From: Verrucomicrobiota bacterium
GTDB lineage: Bacteria; Verrucomicrobiota; Verrucomicrobiia; Limisphaerales; UBA9464
Assembly (NCBI GenBank): GCA_031384285.1
Contig: JANNAJ010000239.1
Span: 1 to 37,801, forward strand
Length of the DNA stretch: 37,801 nucleotides
Direction: 5' to 3'
The notes beneath the pieces are model-generated. The model searched no databases, was not told where the DNA came from, and worked only from the letters and a program-made list of their open reading frames with translations. The position numbers and the translations under genes are program-made. Shown here in pieces: positions 1-9,858 of the stretch; position 1 is the first letter of the stretch, and every line of letters begins with the position of its first letter.

Positions 1-230
1 TGGAATCGGCGCGCGATCGCGGTCTGAAGACGATGCTCGGCTGCATGATCGAGTCGTCGGTGCTGATCAGCGCCGGCGCGCACCTGGCCGAGCTGACGGA
101 CCACCTCGACCTCGACGGGAATCTCCTGATCACGAACGACCCGTACGAGGGCGTGCGGACCGGGCGCGGCGTGATGAGCTTCAGCGGCGTCGGCGCCGTC
201 ACCGGCCTCCGCACGACGGACCGCTGCTGA
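1..230 (+). CDS. 3' fragment of an enolase-superfamily enzyme (dipeptide epimerase / muconate cycloisomerase-like); 5' end is outside the window
   Basis: Open in frame 3 from the window edge (ESARDRGLKTMLGCMIESSVLISAGAHLA...DLDGNLLITNDPY), stop TGA at 228-230. The MLGCMxES...AxxHLA...DLDG pattern matches my memory of the C-terminal barrel of dipeptide epimerases. Not searched. Confidence 0.55.
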   Translation, partial: ESARDRGLKTMLGCMIESSVLISAGAHLAELTDHLDLDGNLLITNDPYEGVRTGRGVMSFSGVGAVTGLRTTDRC

Positions 231-262
231 GGCCGATCCGGCGGAGCACCACCATCGCTACT

Positions 263-1642
263 TCAGCGGACGAGCAGCTTCTCGAGGTAGCCCACGGCCT
301 GGCGGACGTTGGCGTCGACCTCCATGCGGTTCTTCACCGCGCGGCAGGCGTGCAGGACGGTGCCGTGGTCGCGACCGCCGAAGGCATCACCGATGGCGCT
401 GAGGCTGGACTCGGTGAGCTGGCGGGAGAGGAACATGGCGACCTGGCGCGGGAACGCGATGTTCTCGGGGCGGCGCTTGCTGGTCATGTCGGCCAGCCGG
501 ATGTCGTAGTGGTCGGCGACCTTCTTCTGGATGAAGTCGATCGTGATGGTCTGCCGGCCTTCTTCCTGGAGGATCTCGCGGAGCAGCGTCTCGACGGTCT
601 CGAGCTTCAGCGGTTTGCCGGTGAGCTGGGCGTACGCGGCGACGCGGGTGAACGCGCCTTCGAGACGACGGATGTTGGTGCGGATGTGCTCGGCGAGGAA
701 GTTGAGGATCTCCGGCGGCAACGAGTAGCCGAAGGTCTGCTCCTTGTTGCGGAGGATGGCGAGGCGGGTCTCGACGTCGGGCGGCTGCACGTCGGCCGTC
801 TGGCCCCATTCGAAGCGGGAGATGAGGCGGGCCTCGAGGCCTTGGATCTCGTTGGCCGGGCGGTCACAGCTCAGCACGATCTGCTTCCGCGATTCATGGA
901 GCGTGTTGAAGGTGTGGAAGAACTCCTCCTGGATGCGCTCCTTGCCGGCGAGGAACTGGATGTCGTCCACGAGCAGCACGTCGACCTGGCGGTATTTCTT
1001 GCGGAACTTGGCGAGGGAGTTGTTCTGGAGCCCGTCGATGAACTCGTTGGTGAACTTCTCGCAGCTCAGGTAGGCCACCTTCGCGTTCTTCTTTTGCGCC
1101 ATCATCTGGTGACCGATGGCGTGGAGCAGATGCGTCTTCCCGAGGCCCACGCCACCGAGGAGGAAGAGCGGGTTGAAGGTCTTCCCGGGATTCTGCGCGA
1201 CCGCCAACGAAGCGCTGTGGGCGAACTCGTTGTTGTTGCCGACGACGAAGGTCGAGAACGTGTAACCGGGGTTGAGCAGCGGTTCGCCGGGCCTAGGCGC
1301 GGTCGGGGCGGATGGCGCGGCATCCTCGGCCGGTTCCGGTTCCTCCACCGCCGCGGGGGCGACGGGGGTGCCCGGCAAGGCGGCGGCCACCGGAGCGACG
1401 ACCGTGAACGCCAGATCCATCGGTTTCACGGCGGCGCGGCTCACGACGGACCGTAGCAGGTCGAGATAGTTGTCCTTGAGCCACATCTCGCAGAACTCGT
1501 CGGCGACCCCGAGCGTGAGCGTCTCGCCCTTGAGCGACACCGGCTGGATGGGCGCGAACCACAGCGAGTAGATCTCGGTCTTCAGCATCCCGCGCAGTGC
1601 GTCTTGCGCGGCAGACCAGAGGGCTTGTGCGGTGGCGGGCAT
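263..1642 (-). CDS. dnaA: Chromosomal replication initiator protein DnaA (459 aa from the ATG at 1642)
   Basis: N-terminal WxxxxxxL...SLWFAPIQPV, Walker A GGVGLGKTHLLHAIG, Walker B LLVDDIQFL, and the C-terminal DNA-binding signature VAMFLSRQLTESSLSAIGDAFGGRDHGTVLHA. The tracked ORF runs to 1801, but homology starts at MPATAQALW (cat at 1640-1642). Confidence 0.95.
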   Translation of the reverse strand: MPATAQALWSAAQDALRGMLKTEIYSLWFAPIQPVSLKGETLTLGVADEFCEMWLKDNYLDLLRSVVSRAAVKPMDLAFTVVAPVAAALPGTPVAPAAVEEPEPAEDAAPSAPTAPRPGEPLLNPGYTFSTFVVGNNNEFAHSASLAVAQNPGKTFNPLFLLGGVGLGKTHLLHAIGHQMMAQKKNAKVAYLSCEKFTNEFIDGLQNNSLAKFRKKYRQVDVLLVDDIQFLAGKERIQEEFFHTFNTLHESRKQIVLSCDRPANEIQGLEARLISRFEWGQTADVQPPDVETRLAILRNKEQTFGYSLPPEILNFLAEHIRTNIRRLEGAFTRVAAYAQLTGKPLKLETVETLLREILQEEGRQTITIDFIQKKVADHYDIRLADMTSKRRPENIAFPRQVAMFLSRQLTESSLSAIGDAFGGRDHGTVLHACRAVKNRMEVDANVRQAVGYLEKLLVR

Positions 1643-1811
1643 GGAAGAAGCGGTCAAGAAGGTTTCCGGGGAAAATCGAGGTTTATTCACGTCGTCCGCG
1701 TCACCCTGCCGTAACGTCTCGGCGGCGAAGCATTTGCGTGAGCACTTCGCTGGACGTCCGTCCGTCCACGATGACATCCAAGCCGAGCGGACGGCACCCA
1801 AGCAGACAAAT

Positions 1812-1836
1812 CAACCCGTTGTTCATCAACGGGTTG
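1812..1836. promoter_or_regulatory. Perfect 9-bp stem / 7-nt loop hairpin in the dnaA upstream region
   Basis: CAACCCGTT (1812-1820), loop gttcatc, AACGGGTTG (1828-1836); arms are exact reverse complements. Function unknown. Confidence 0.5.
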
Positions 1837-1930
1837 TGTTTCATCTGGACTGCGGTTGAGGCGACGTGGCTCACGGGACTGGATTCCGTTAGGACCGGAT
1901 TGACGGGCGGCGTTCTAGGCAACGGAGGCG

Positions 1931-1990
1931 TGGCAAACTAGACCAAACTATTAAGTCTTGTGCCCAAGTTGTTCACAACGCGTTTTTGGG
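1931..1990. promoter_or_regulatory. Locally lower-GC stretch with a DnaA-box-like 9-mer and a 10-bp-spaced CAAACTA direct repeat; candidate dnaA promoter or origin-associated element
   Basis: tggCAAACTAgacCAAACTAttaagtcttgtgcccaagTTGTTCACAacgcgttttt. TTGTTCACA (1969-1977) matches 7/9 of TTATCCACA. A second 7/9 box, TTATTCACG, lies at 1683-1691. On the minus strand, TTGTGA-N17-CTTAAT is a weak sigma70-like candidate. Confidence 0.3.
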
Positions 1991-2097
1991 CCTGTTTTCG
2001 GAGGTCGCCGGCTTCTCGCCGACCTGTTTCCGGTCTTTGGGCGGGGAGCCGTCGTGGCCGTCTTCCCGGCTCGTCCAGGAAAGCCCGCGGAACGGAC

Positions 2098-2595
<498 letters not shown>

Positions 2596-2597
2596 TT

Positions 2598-3686
2598 ATG
2601 GCTCACGTCAAACTGCACATCCCGGGCCCCGTCGAGGTCAGCCCGAAGACCTTCGAGGCCCTCTGCCGACCGATGATCGGTCACCGCGGCCAAGGGTTCA
2701 AAGACCTGTACGGCAAGATGCAGCCGCAGCTGCAGACCCTCTTGGGCACGAAGCAGCTGGTCTACCTCAGCACGTCCAGCGCGTGGGGCGTGATGGAAGG
2801 CGCGTTGCGGAACCTCACCAGCAAGCGGGTGCTGAACTGCATGAAGGGGGCGTTCTCCGACAAGTGGTTCGACGTGGCGCAGAAGTGCGGCAAACAGGCC
2901 GAGGCGCTCCAGGTGCCGTGGGGTTCGCCGATACGCGCCGAGCAGATCGACGCCAGACTGGCGACCGGGCAGTTCGACACGCTCACTCTCATCCACAACG
3001 AGACCAGCACCGGCACGATGTCGCCGCTCGCGGAGATCGCCGCGCTCAAGGCGAAGTATCCCGACGTGATGTTCATCGTCGACGCGGTGAGCTCGATGAC
3101 GGCGGTGCCGCTCGGGTTCGACGCGCTCGGCATCGACGTGCTGCTCGCCGGCACGCAGAAGGCCTTCGCGTTGCCCCCCGGCCTCGCGGTGTTCGTCGCC
3201 TCGCCCGCCGCCCTCGCCAAGGCCGCGACCCTCAAGGACCGCGGATACTACTTCGATTTCGTGGAGTTCGAGAAGAACGCCAAGGAGGACATGACGCCCA
3301 GCACGCCGAGCATCCCGCACATCTACGCGCTCGGCTCCAAGCTCGACGAGTTCTTTGCCGAAGGGCTCGAGGCCCGTTACGCCCGCCATGCCAAGACCAA
3401 CCAGATGCTCCGCGACTGGGTCGCCAAGCACGGCTTCACGCTGTTCCCGGAACCGGAGTTCTCTTCCAAGACCCTCGTCTGCGTGAACAACGGAGCCCGG
3501 CCCGGCAGCCGCGTGGTGGATGCCGCGAAGCTCCAGAAGCTCGTCAAGGACCAGGGCATCCTCATCGACGGCGGTTACGGCAAGATCAAGGGCACCACGT
3601 TCCGGATCTCGAACATGGGCGACGAGACCCCCGAGACCATCGCCGCGCTCATCGCCGTGCTCGACAAGGCGATGGCCCAGCTCTGA
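2598..3686 (+). CDS. Class-V pyridoxal-phosphate aminotransferase (serine-pyruvate / alanine-glyoxylate or SerC-like)
   Basis: 362 aa. IPGPVEVSP start, NETSTG, DAVSS, and the PLP-lysine motif GTQKAF are typical of class-V aminotransferases. Exact substrate not resolvable. Confidence 0.85.
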   Translation: MAHVKLHIPGPVEVSPKTFEALCRPMIGHRGQGFKDLYGKMQPQLQTLLGTKQLVYLSTSSAWGVMEGALRNLTSKRVLNCMKGAFSDKWFDVAQKCGKQAEALQVPWGSPIRAEQIDARLATGQFDTLTLIHNETSTGTMSPLAEIAALKAKYPDVMFIVDAVSSMTAVPLGFDALGIDVLLAGTQKAFALPPGLAVFVASPAALAKAATLKDRGYYFDFVEFEKNAKEDMTPSTPSIPHIYALGSKLDEFFAEGLEARYARHAKTNQMLRDWVAKHGFTLFPEPEFSSKTLVCVNNGARPGSRVVDAAKLQKLVKDQGILIDGGYGKIKGTTFRISNMGDETPETIAALIAVLDKAMAQL

Positions 3687-3710
3687 ACCGACGTCCGATA
3701 TCTTCGCGCG

Positions 3711-3746
3711 ACAGGGCCGGCATCACGCCGGCCCTGTCCTTTTTCT
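3711..3746 (+). terminator. Rho-independent terminator after the aminotransferase gene
   Basis: Perfect 11-bp stem ACAGGGCCGGC (3711-3721) / GCCGGCCCTGT (3727-3737), 5-nt loop, then ccTTTTTcT. Confidence 0.65.
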
Positions 3747-3768
3747 CGCGGACCGGCATGCTCGGCCC

Positions 3769-4215
3769 ATGTCCAAGCCCGAGATGAGACCGATCCCGCC
3801 CGCGGAGCTCGTCGAGCTCGCGCTCGGCGTGGTCCGGTCCGCCAAGTTCCCGCAACTCGCCACCATCGACGGCGACCAACCGCGGCTGCGGCCGGTGTCG
3901 CCCGTGAAGACCGACGGCTTCACGATCTACGTCGCCAACCTCCGCAGCTACGGCAAGACCGCCGAGATCGCCGCCAATCCCAGGGTGGAGCTGTGCTATG
4001 TGGACGACCGCCATGACCAGGTCCGCATCACGGGGATCGCCGAGGTGCTGGCCGACCGGCCTCTGCTCGAGCAGATCTGGGAGAGCAACCCGCTCCTCCG
4101 TCGGTATCTCGGTTCGTTGGACAACCCGATGCTGATCGTCTATCGGGTTTTGCCCTCGCGCGTCCGCTACATGAAGGAATGGGCGTTGGACTACCACGAG
4201 GTGCCCCTCGCCTGA
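3769..4215 (+). CDS. Pyridoxamine 5'-phosphate oxidase-family (general stress protein 26-like) FMN-binding protein
   Basis: 148 aa from the ATG at 3769. FPQLATIDGDQPRLRPVSP...FTIYVANLRSYGKTAEIAANPRVELCY...VRITG fits the PNPOx split-barrel pattern. The upstream part of the tracked ORF (3520-) is Arg/Ser-rich and overlaps the aminotransferase. Confidence 0.7.
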   Translation: MSKPEMRPIPPAELVELALGVVRSAKFPQLATIDGDQPRLRPVSPVKTDGFTIYVANLRSYGKTAEIAANPRVELCYVDDRHDQVRITGIAEVLADRPLLEQIWESNPLLRRYLGSLDNPMLIVYRVLPSRVRYMKEWALDYHEVPLA

Positions 4216-4248
4216 ACCCGCGGCGCCGACGTCCGCCCGGCCGGGCCG

Positions 4249-4860
4249 TCAGCTCCACTCGCCGGTCCGGAGGTAGGGTTTGAGCCGGGCCTTGAGCGCC
4301 TCGCGACCGCGGTGGATCAGCGATTTCGTGGCCTGCAACGACGTGCCGAGCACCGCGGCGATCTCCTCGTAGCTGAGCTCGCCCTCGCGGCAGAGGACGA
4401 TGGCGGTGCGCTGTTTCTCGGGAAGCGCCGACAGGGCCTCTTCCACCTTGGCGACCAGCTCGGCCCGTTGCGTGGCATCGTCCGCGGCGGCCTCGCGGCG
4501 GTCCTCGATCTGCCGGTACGGATGGTCCTCGTCGTCGTCGCGCGGTTCGTCGAGGGAATCGGCCGGGTGGCGGGCGCGGCGACGCACCTCGTTCAGGCAG
4601 AGATTGCGCGCGATGGTGAAGAGGAAGGTGCTGAACTTGGCGGCGACCTCGTAGCGGCCGGCCGTCTTCCAGAGCTGCACGAACACGGATTGCGCGAGGT
4701 CCTCGGCCTCGTCCGCGTCCGGCAAGGTCCGGTAGACGAAGCTCATGACCGGCTGGCGCCAGCGCAGCATGAGCGCGTCGAAGGCGTCCCGGTCGCCGCG
4801 CTTAACGCGCAGCATCAGGTCGGCGTCGGCATCGTGGCCGGCATCGGGCGGGGAAGCCAT
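4249..4860 (-). CDS. ECF-type RNA polymerase sigma-70 family factor
   Basis: 203 aa from the ATG at 4860. Region 2 DAFDALMLRWRQPVMSFVYR...AEDLAQSVFVQLW; region 4 LPEKQRTAIVLCREGELSYEEIAAVLGTSLQATKSLIHRGREALK. No anti-sigma gene is adjacent. Confidence 0.85.
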   Translation of the reverse strand: MASPPDAGHDADADLMLRVKRGDRDAFDALMLRWRQPVMSFVYRTLPDADEAEDLAQSVFVQLWKTAGRYEVAAKFSTFLFTIARNLCLNEVRRRARHPADSLDEPRDDDEDHPYRQIEDRREAAADDATQRAELVAKVEEALSALPEKQRTAIVLCREGELSYEEIAAVLGTSLQATKSLIHRGREALKARLKPYLRTGEWS

Positions 4861-4967
4861 CGGGACAGCGTCATGGAAAACCAGGACCGCAACAAGGTTG
4901 CGGGCGCCCGCCCTCGACGAAGGGGCATCCTTGAACCCCGCCGCGGGAACCCTCACGTTCCGCCCGC

Positions 4968-7733
4968 GTGAAATCCATCCTCGCGAAGATCGAGGCCAAC
5001 GCCGCCAAGCGGCTGCCGCTCCCTCCCGGCCGCAAGCCGTCCGAGGAGCTCGCCCGGTACAAAGGCTTCCTCAAGGAGGAGTCCCAGCGCCTGAAGATGC
5101 TCCATCGCGGCGATGCCGGCGGCATCGAGATCTGCCGCGCCCGCGCCGAGATGATGGACGTGATGATCCGCCACATCCACGACGCCGTCCGCGCCGCCTT
5201 CCCGGCCAAGGGCAAGGCCCCGCGCGTCGCCCTGGTCGCCTTCGGAGGCTACGGCCGGGGCGAGCTGAACCCGTGCAGCGACATCGACCTGATGTTCCTG
5301 CACGCCGGAGGCGCCGATCCGAAGGCGACCGTGCTCGGCGAATGGACCAGCGGCCTGCTCTACACGCTGTGGGACATCGGCCTGAAGGTCGGGCACGCCG
5401 TCCGCACCGTCGACGAGTGCGTCGCCGTCGCGAACACGGACATGCAGTCCAAGACCTCGCTGCTCGAGGCGCGGCTGATCACCGGCGACGCCGACCTCTT
5501 CGCGAAGATGCAGGAGCGGTTCGTCGCGAAGTGCATCCGCGGGCACGAGGACGAGTACATCCGCCAGCGGGTCACCGACCAGGCGACACGGCGGACGAAG
5601 CACGGCGATTCCGCGGCGATGCAGGAGCCGAACATCAAGAACGGCTGCGGCGGCCTGCGCGACTACCAGAACCTTTTCTGGATGACCGCCTTCAAGCTCG
5701 GTCTGCGCACGCCCGCCGAGCTCCAGGAGGCGGACCAGATCAACGCCGCCGAGCGCAAGCAGCTCGAGGCGGCGCACGATTTCCTGCTCCGGACCCGCAA
5801 CGAGCTGCACTACGTCGCCGAGCGACCGGTCGATGTCCTCGCCGCGAACGTGAAGCCCGCGGTCGCCTCCGGCCTCGGCTACACCGACCGTTCGCCGCGC
5901 CTGCGCGTCGAGAAGTTCATGCGCGACTACTACACCCACGCGCGGAACCTCTATCTGATCACCCGCACTCTGGAGCAACGGCTCGCGCTCGTGCCGACGC
6001 CGGAGCGCGGCATCCGGAGGTTCTTCGGGCGCCACGCGGCGGCAGGGGCTGCCGCGGACGAGGTGGACGGCTTCCGCATCGTCGGCACGCAGTTGGTCGC
6101 CTCCTCGCGCGGCGTGCTGCGCGAGGACCCGCACCGGCTCATGCGCGCGTTCCTGCACGCGCAGCTGCGCGGCCTCACCTTGCATCCGGACCTCGCGCAG
6201 CTGATGCGCCAGTCCGTCACCGCCGGTCTGGTCGACCGCTCGTTCATGTTGAACGGAAAGGTGCGCGAGACCTTCCTCGAGATCCTCAACGCCCGGGGCA
6301 ACGTCGCCCCGGCGGTGCGCGCGATGCACGAGGTCGGGTTCCTCGGCCGGTATCTGCCCGAGTTCGGCAAGCTGACGAACCTCGTCCAGCACGAGTTCTA
6401 CCACCAGTACGCGGTGGACGAGCACACGCTGGTCTGCGTCGCGAAGCTCGACCAGGTGTGGGAGGCGTCGTCGCCGCCCTCCAGCCTGTACACGGGGATC
6501 TTCCAGGCGGTGGAACGGCCGTACGTGCTCTACCTCGCCTTGCTGCTCCACGATTCGGGCAAGGCCATCCCGGGCGAGCGCCATGAGATCGTCGGCGGCC
6601 GGTTGGCGTTGCGCGCCGCCGCGCGGCTCCGGCTGGACGAGGCGACGACCGCCACCCTGCGGCTGCTGATCGAGCAGCATCTGGCGATGGTGCAGGTCAG
6701 CCAGCGCCGCGACCTCGAGGACCCGGCGGTGATCCACCAGTTCGCGCTGCAGGTGCGCAACCAGGAGACGCTCGACCTGCTCGCGTTGCACACCTTCGCG
6801 GACTCGATGGGGACCAGCGACACGCTGTGGAACGGGTTCAAGGATTCCCTGCTCTGGCAGCTGTGGCGGAAGACGCGCGACGTGCTGCGCGGCGGCAGCG
6901 AGTTCATCAAGGCCGAGCAGAAGCAGCGCGAGCTGCTGCGCGAGGAGGTGCGGGGGATCCTGCCCAGGACGTTCAGCGAGGAGGAGATCGACGCCCATTT
7001 CAAGGGGCTCCCGCCGCGCTATTTCCAGATCCACGCGCCGCGCGCGATCGCGCGCGACCTCACGCTGGCCCACCGGTTCATGCACCTCCAGCTCACCGAG
7101 ACGGATCGCGCGCTGGAGCCGGTCTTCGTGTGGCACGACGAGCCCGCGCGCGGGTTCACCGGTCTGCACATCTGCACCTGGGACCGCACCGGTCTCTTCG
7201 CCAAGCTCACCGGGGCGCTGGCCGCCAGCGGGCTGAACATCCTCGCGGCCCAGATCTACACGCGCGCGGACGGCATCGTGCTCGACGATTTCTTCGTGAC
7301 CGATGCCCGCACGGGAAAGCTGCCGGACGGCGGCACGCGCGAACGTTTCGAGAAGCTGGCGCTGGACGTCCTGGCCCGCGACGCCGATCCGGCGAAGCTC
7401 CTGGCCCGCGCCCCGACCTACCAGCCGCTCTACCGCGCGGTGGGCGGTGAATCGCTCGGCACGGTGATCCGCTTCGACAACGCGACCTCGGGCAACCGCA
7501 CGGTGATCGACGTCGAGACCGAGGACCGCGTCGGCCTGCTCTTCGCCCTGTCGTCCGAGCTGAGCGAGCTGGGGCTCGACCTCGCGTTGGCGAAGATCGT
7601 GACCGAGAAAGGCGCGGCCATCGACAGCTTCTACGTCACCGAGGAAGGCGGCGAGAAGATCGTCGCACCGGCGCGGCAGAAGCAGATCGAGCAACGCCTC
7701 CGCAAAGCGATCGACCAGATCAGCCCGTCGTGA
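4968..7733 (+). CDS. glnD: [Protein-PII] uridylyltransferase / uridylyl-removing enzyme GlnD
   Basis: 921 aa, GTG start. Nucleotidyltransferase motif GGYGRGELNPCSDIDLMFLH, HD domain (LALLLHDSGK), two C-terminal ACT domains (LHICTWDRTGLFAKLTGALA..., IDVETEDRVGLLFALSSELS...). Confidence 0.9.
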   Translation: MKSILAKIEANAAKRLPLPPGRKPSEELARYKGFLKEESQRLKMLHRGDAGGIEICRARAEMMDVMIRHIHDAVRAAFPAKGKAPRVALVAFGGYGRGELNPCSDIDLMFLHAGGADPKATVLGEWTSGLLYTLWDIGLKVGHAVRTVDECVAVANTDMQSKTSLLEARLITGDADLFAKMQERFVAKCIRGHEDEYIRQRVTDQATRRTKHGDSAAMQEPNIKNGCGGLRDYQNLFWMTAFKLGLRTPAELQEADQINAAERKQLEAAHDFLLRTRNELHYVAERPVDVLAANVKPAVASGLGYTDRSPRLRVEKFMRDYYTHARNLYLITRTLEQRLALVPTPERGIRRFFGRHAAAGAAADEVDGFRIVGTQLVASSRGVLREDPHRLMRAFLHAQLRGLTLHPDLAQLMRQSVTAGLVDRSFMLNGKVRETFLEILNARGNVAPAVRAMHEVGFLGRYLPEFGKLTNLVQHEFYHQYAVDEHTLVCVAKLDQVWEASSPPSSLYTGIFQAVERPYVLYLALLLHDSGKAIPGERHEIVGGRLALRAAARLRLDEATTATLRLLIEQHLAMVQVSQRRDLEDPAVIHQFALQVRNQETLDLLALHTFADSMGTSDTLWNGFKDSLLWQLWRKTRDVLRGGSEFIKAEQKQRELLREEVRGILPRTFSEEEIDAHFKGLPPRYFQIHAPRAIARDLTLAHRFMHLQLTETDRALEPVFVWHDEPARGFTGLHICTWDRTGLFAKLTGALAASGLNILAAQIYTRADGIVLDDFFVTDARTGKLPDGGTRERFEKLALDVLARDADPAKLLARAPTYQPLYRAVGGESLGTVIRFDNATSGNRTVIDVETEDRVGLLFALSSELSELGLDLALAKIVTEKGAAIDSFYVTEEGGEKIVAPARQKQIEQRLRKAIDQISPS

Positions 7734-7760
7734 CGTCCGTGTCCGCCGGCCTCGCGCGCC

Positions 7761-9818
7761 TCAGTTCGTGCCGGTGAGCAGCTGGAGCAGGGCGGCGTCC
7801 TTCTCGGGGCCGTTGATGAAATCGAAGGCGCGCAGGTAGCGCTGCTTCTCCGGCTCGGTGGTCTTCTTGTCGGTGATCATCTTCACCAGCAAGGCGGGCG
7901 TCTGCTTGCCGCGCGAACGCCAGACCACATCGCGGCCGGCCGGGGTGTCCCAGCGTTCGCCCACCGCGGCCAGGTAGGCACCGAGATAGGCGTCCCATTG
8001 GCGATCGGCGCCGATGCCGAGGGCCTCGAGATACCAGCGGTCCTTGCCGTCGTGCCGCGCCGCGAGCTTCGCCCACAGCGCCGGGGCCGCGGGCGCGCTG
8101 CTGCCGCGGAGGGCGATGGCGACCTCGCGCCGGACCTGCGGGCTCGGGTCGTCGACCAAGGGGCCCGCCAAGGCGATGACGTCGAGGCCGAGCTCGCGCG
8201 CCAAGCGCAAGCCGGCGACACGGATGTCGCTGTCGGCGTCCTTGAGCGCCGCGGTCACCTGCTTCAGCTCGTTGCCCTTGATCCGGGCGAGGAGCTGCAG
8301 CGCGCGGGCGCGTTGGCGCGGCTCGGTGCCGTTCCACGCCTTCTTGAGCTCCTTCGAGGCTTTCCCGCCCATATCGTGCAGCGCGTTCCAAGCGAGGTAG
8401 CGCGTCTCGTGGTTCGGCGACCGCAGCGCGGCGACGGCGCCTTTGGCGGACCTGAGGTCGAGCTTGGGGACCGCGGGGTGGTTGCCCTTGGGTGCGACGC
8501 GGTAGATCCGGCCGGTCATGGTCTCCAGTTTCTGGTCGGCCATGAAATGTCCGCCGACGCCGGAGTCGTTCCAATCGGCGACGAACAGCGCGCCGTCGGG
8601 CCCGACGGCCACGTCGCTCGGGCGGAACCAATCGTCCGTGCTGGTCAGGATGTCGGTCACGGTGCCGGCGTATCCGGCGCCGTCCTTGGTCGCGGGATAG
8701 GCCCGCACCACCCGCGGTCCGGCGTCGCAGTGGACGACCTGGCCGCGGAAGACGGCGGGAAGAAGGTCGCCTTCGTAGACGGCGATGCCGGTCGGTGCGC
8801 CGGCGCCGGTCTGGACGAAGTTCGGGACGACGCCGGGATCGTTCAGATGCCAGTGCCGTTCCGGGATCCCGGATTCCCAGCCGGTGCGTTTCTGGCCCCA
8901 GCCCGCGCCCGTCATCTCATCGCTGTAGCCGAAGTTGCCGCCCTCCATCACGTAGTTGATGCGGACGCCTTGGTTGCCGTCGTCATCGTTGTCCGATTGC
9001 CAGACGGTGCCGAAAGAATCGACGGCCAGCTCGTAGTTGTTGCGGAAGTTGTGGCCGAGCACCTCGACGTTCGAGCCGTCGATGTCGCAGCGGAACGCCA
9101 TGCCTTGGCGGTACGGCCGGCCTTTGTCGCTGATCTCGCGGCCCGAGGCGTCCTTCACGAGGGTCCCGCCCTCGATCTGCTCCTTGGTGAGCTTGCCGTG
9201 GAGCGGGAGGTCCTTCTGCAAGGGCCGGCGCAGGACCCGGCCGGCGTTGCCGCAGTTGAAGTAGAGCTTGCCGTCCGGCCCGAAGACGAACGCGTGCGCG
9301 GCATGGTCGTGATCGGCCTGGCCGACATCGGTGGTGAAGAGCAGTTCGCGCTTGTCGGCCACGTCGTCGCCGTCGGTGTCGGTCAACACGAAGATGTAGG
9401 GCGCGCTGGAGACGATGACCTTGTTGCCCAGCACGCAGATGCCGAGGGCGGTGTTGATGCTGAGGTCCTGGTAGAAGGTCTTGGCCTTGTCCGCGATGCC
9501 GTCGCCGTCGGTGTCCTCGAGGATCTGGATGCGGTCGCCGTCGGGCCGGAGCACGCCCCACTTCTGGAAGCTGGAGCGGTAGTTCGCGCCCTCGGTCACC
9601 CAGACGCGGCCGCGGTGGTCGACATCCATGTCGGCCGGGTTCACGACCATCGGTTCCAGCCCGAAGAGCCCGACCTCGAGGCCGTCGGCGACCTTCATCT
9701 GCGCGAGCTGGGCCTTGGCGTTCTCGGGACCGGACCGCGTGGCATCGCCGTGCGCGGCGAGCGAGAGAGCGACGACCGCGGAGGCGAGGAAGGAGCGGCG
9801 GGCAAGGTGGAGGTTCAT
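7761..9818 (-). CDS. Secreted beta-propeller protein with the PVC 'putative membrane-bound dehydrogenase' N-terminal domain and C-terminal HEAT repeats; no heme motif
   Basis: 685 aa with a signal peptide. VADGLEVGLFGLEPMVVNPADMDVDHRGRVWVTEGANY matches my memory of TIGR02604-type domains. The C-terminus has HEAT-like repeats (DSDIRVAGLRLARELG, DPSPQVRREVAIALRG). No CxxCH anywhere. Confidence 0.7.
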   Translation of the reverse strand: MNLHLARRSFLASAVVALSLAAHGDATRSGPENAKAQLAQMKVADGLEVGLFGLEPMVVNPADMDVDHRGRVWVTEGANYRSSFQKWGVLRPDGDRIQILEDTDGDGIADKAKTFYQDLSINTALGICVLGNKVIVSSAPYIFVLTDTDGDDVADKRELLFTTDVGQADHDHAAHAFVFGPDGKLYFNCGNAGRVLRRPLQKDLPLHGKLTKEQIEGGTLVKDASGREISDKGRPYRQGMAFRCDIDGSNVEVLGHNFRNNYELAVDSFGTVWQSDNDDDGNQGVRINYVMEGGNFGYSDEMTGAGWGQKRTGWESGIPERHWHLNDPGVVPNFVQTGAGAPTGIAVYEGDLLPAVFRGQVVHCDAGPRVVRAYPATKDGAGYAGTVTDILTSTDDWFRPSDVAVGPDGALFVADWNDSGVGGHFMADQKLETMTGRIYRVAPKGNHPAVPKLDLRSAKGAVAALRSPNHETRYLAWNALHDMGGKASKELKKAWNGTEPRQRARALQLLARIKGNELKQVTAALKDADSDIRVAGLRLARELGLDVIALAGPLVDDPSPQVRREVAIALRGSSAPAAPALWAKLAARHDGKDRWYLEALGIGADRQWDAYLGAYLAAVGERWDTPAGRDVVWRSRGKQTPALLVKMITDKKTTEPEKQRYLRAFDFINGPEKDAALLQLLTGTN

Positions 9819-9858
9819 GATTGGATGGAACAGGCGGTGCCGGGACGAACGTTGCGGG

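Noticed and set aside
1701-1922. 73-aa ORF (TTG start) in the dnaA upstream region, plus the overlapping plus-strand ORFs at 1597-1941 and 1632-1859.
   Set aside because: Hand-counted GC3 is about 71%, against about 88% over the start of dnaA. There is no motif and the start is non-ATG. The region is better explained as regulatory DNA.
4861-4967. Autoregulatory ECF promoter upstream of the sigma gene.
   Set aside because: GGAAC occurs on the correct strand, but the nearest GTC/TCAA-like element is about 22 nt away, which is too long a spacer. The plus-strand GGAAC-N16-CGTG overlaps the glnD start codon.
4953-7694. 913-aa ORF antisense to glnD. Similar long antisense or overlapping ORFs occur at 350-1456, 2433-3431, 7998-9899, 9628-11463, 12982-14280, 16829-18175, 17739-19541, 27103-28413, 28383-29465 and 29601-31106.
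   Set aside because: Long stop-free antisense frames are expected at this GC content. The translations are low-complexity Arg/Ala/Gly/Pro-rich with no recognisable motifs. In every case the opposite-strand or other-frame gene has clear family signatures.
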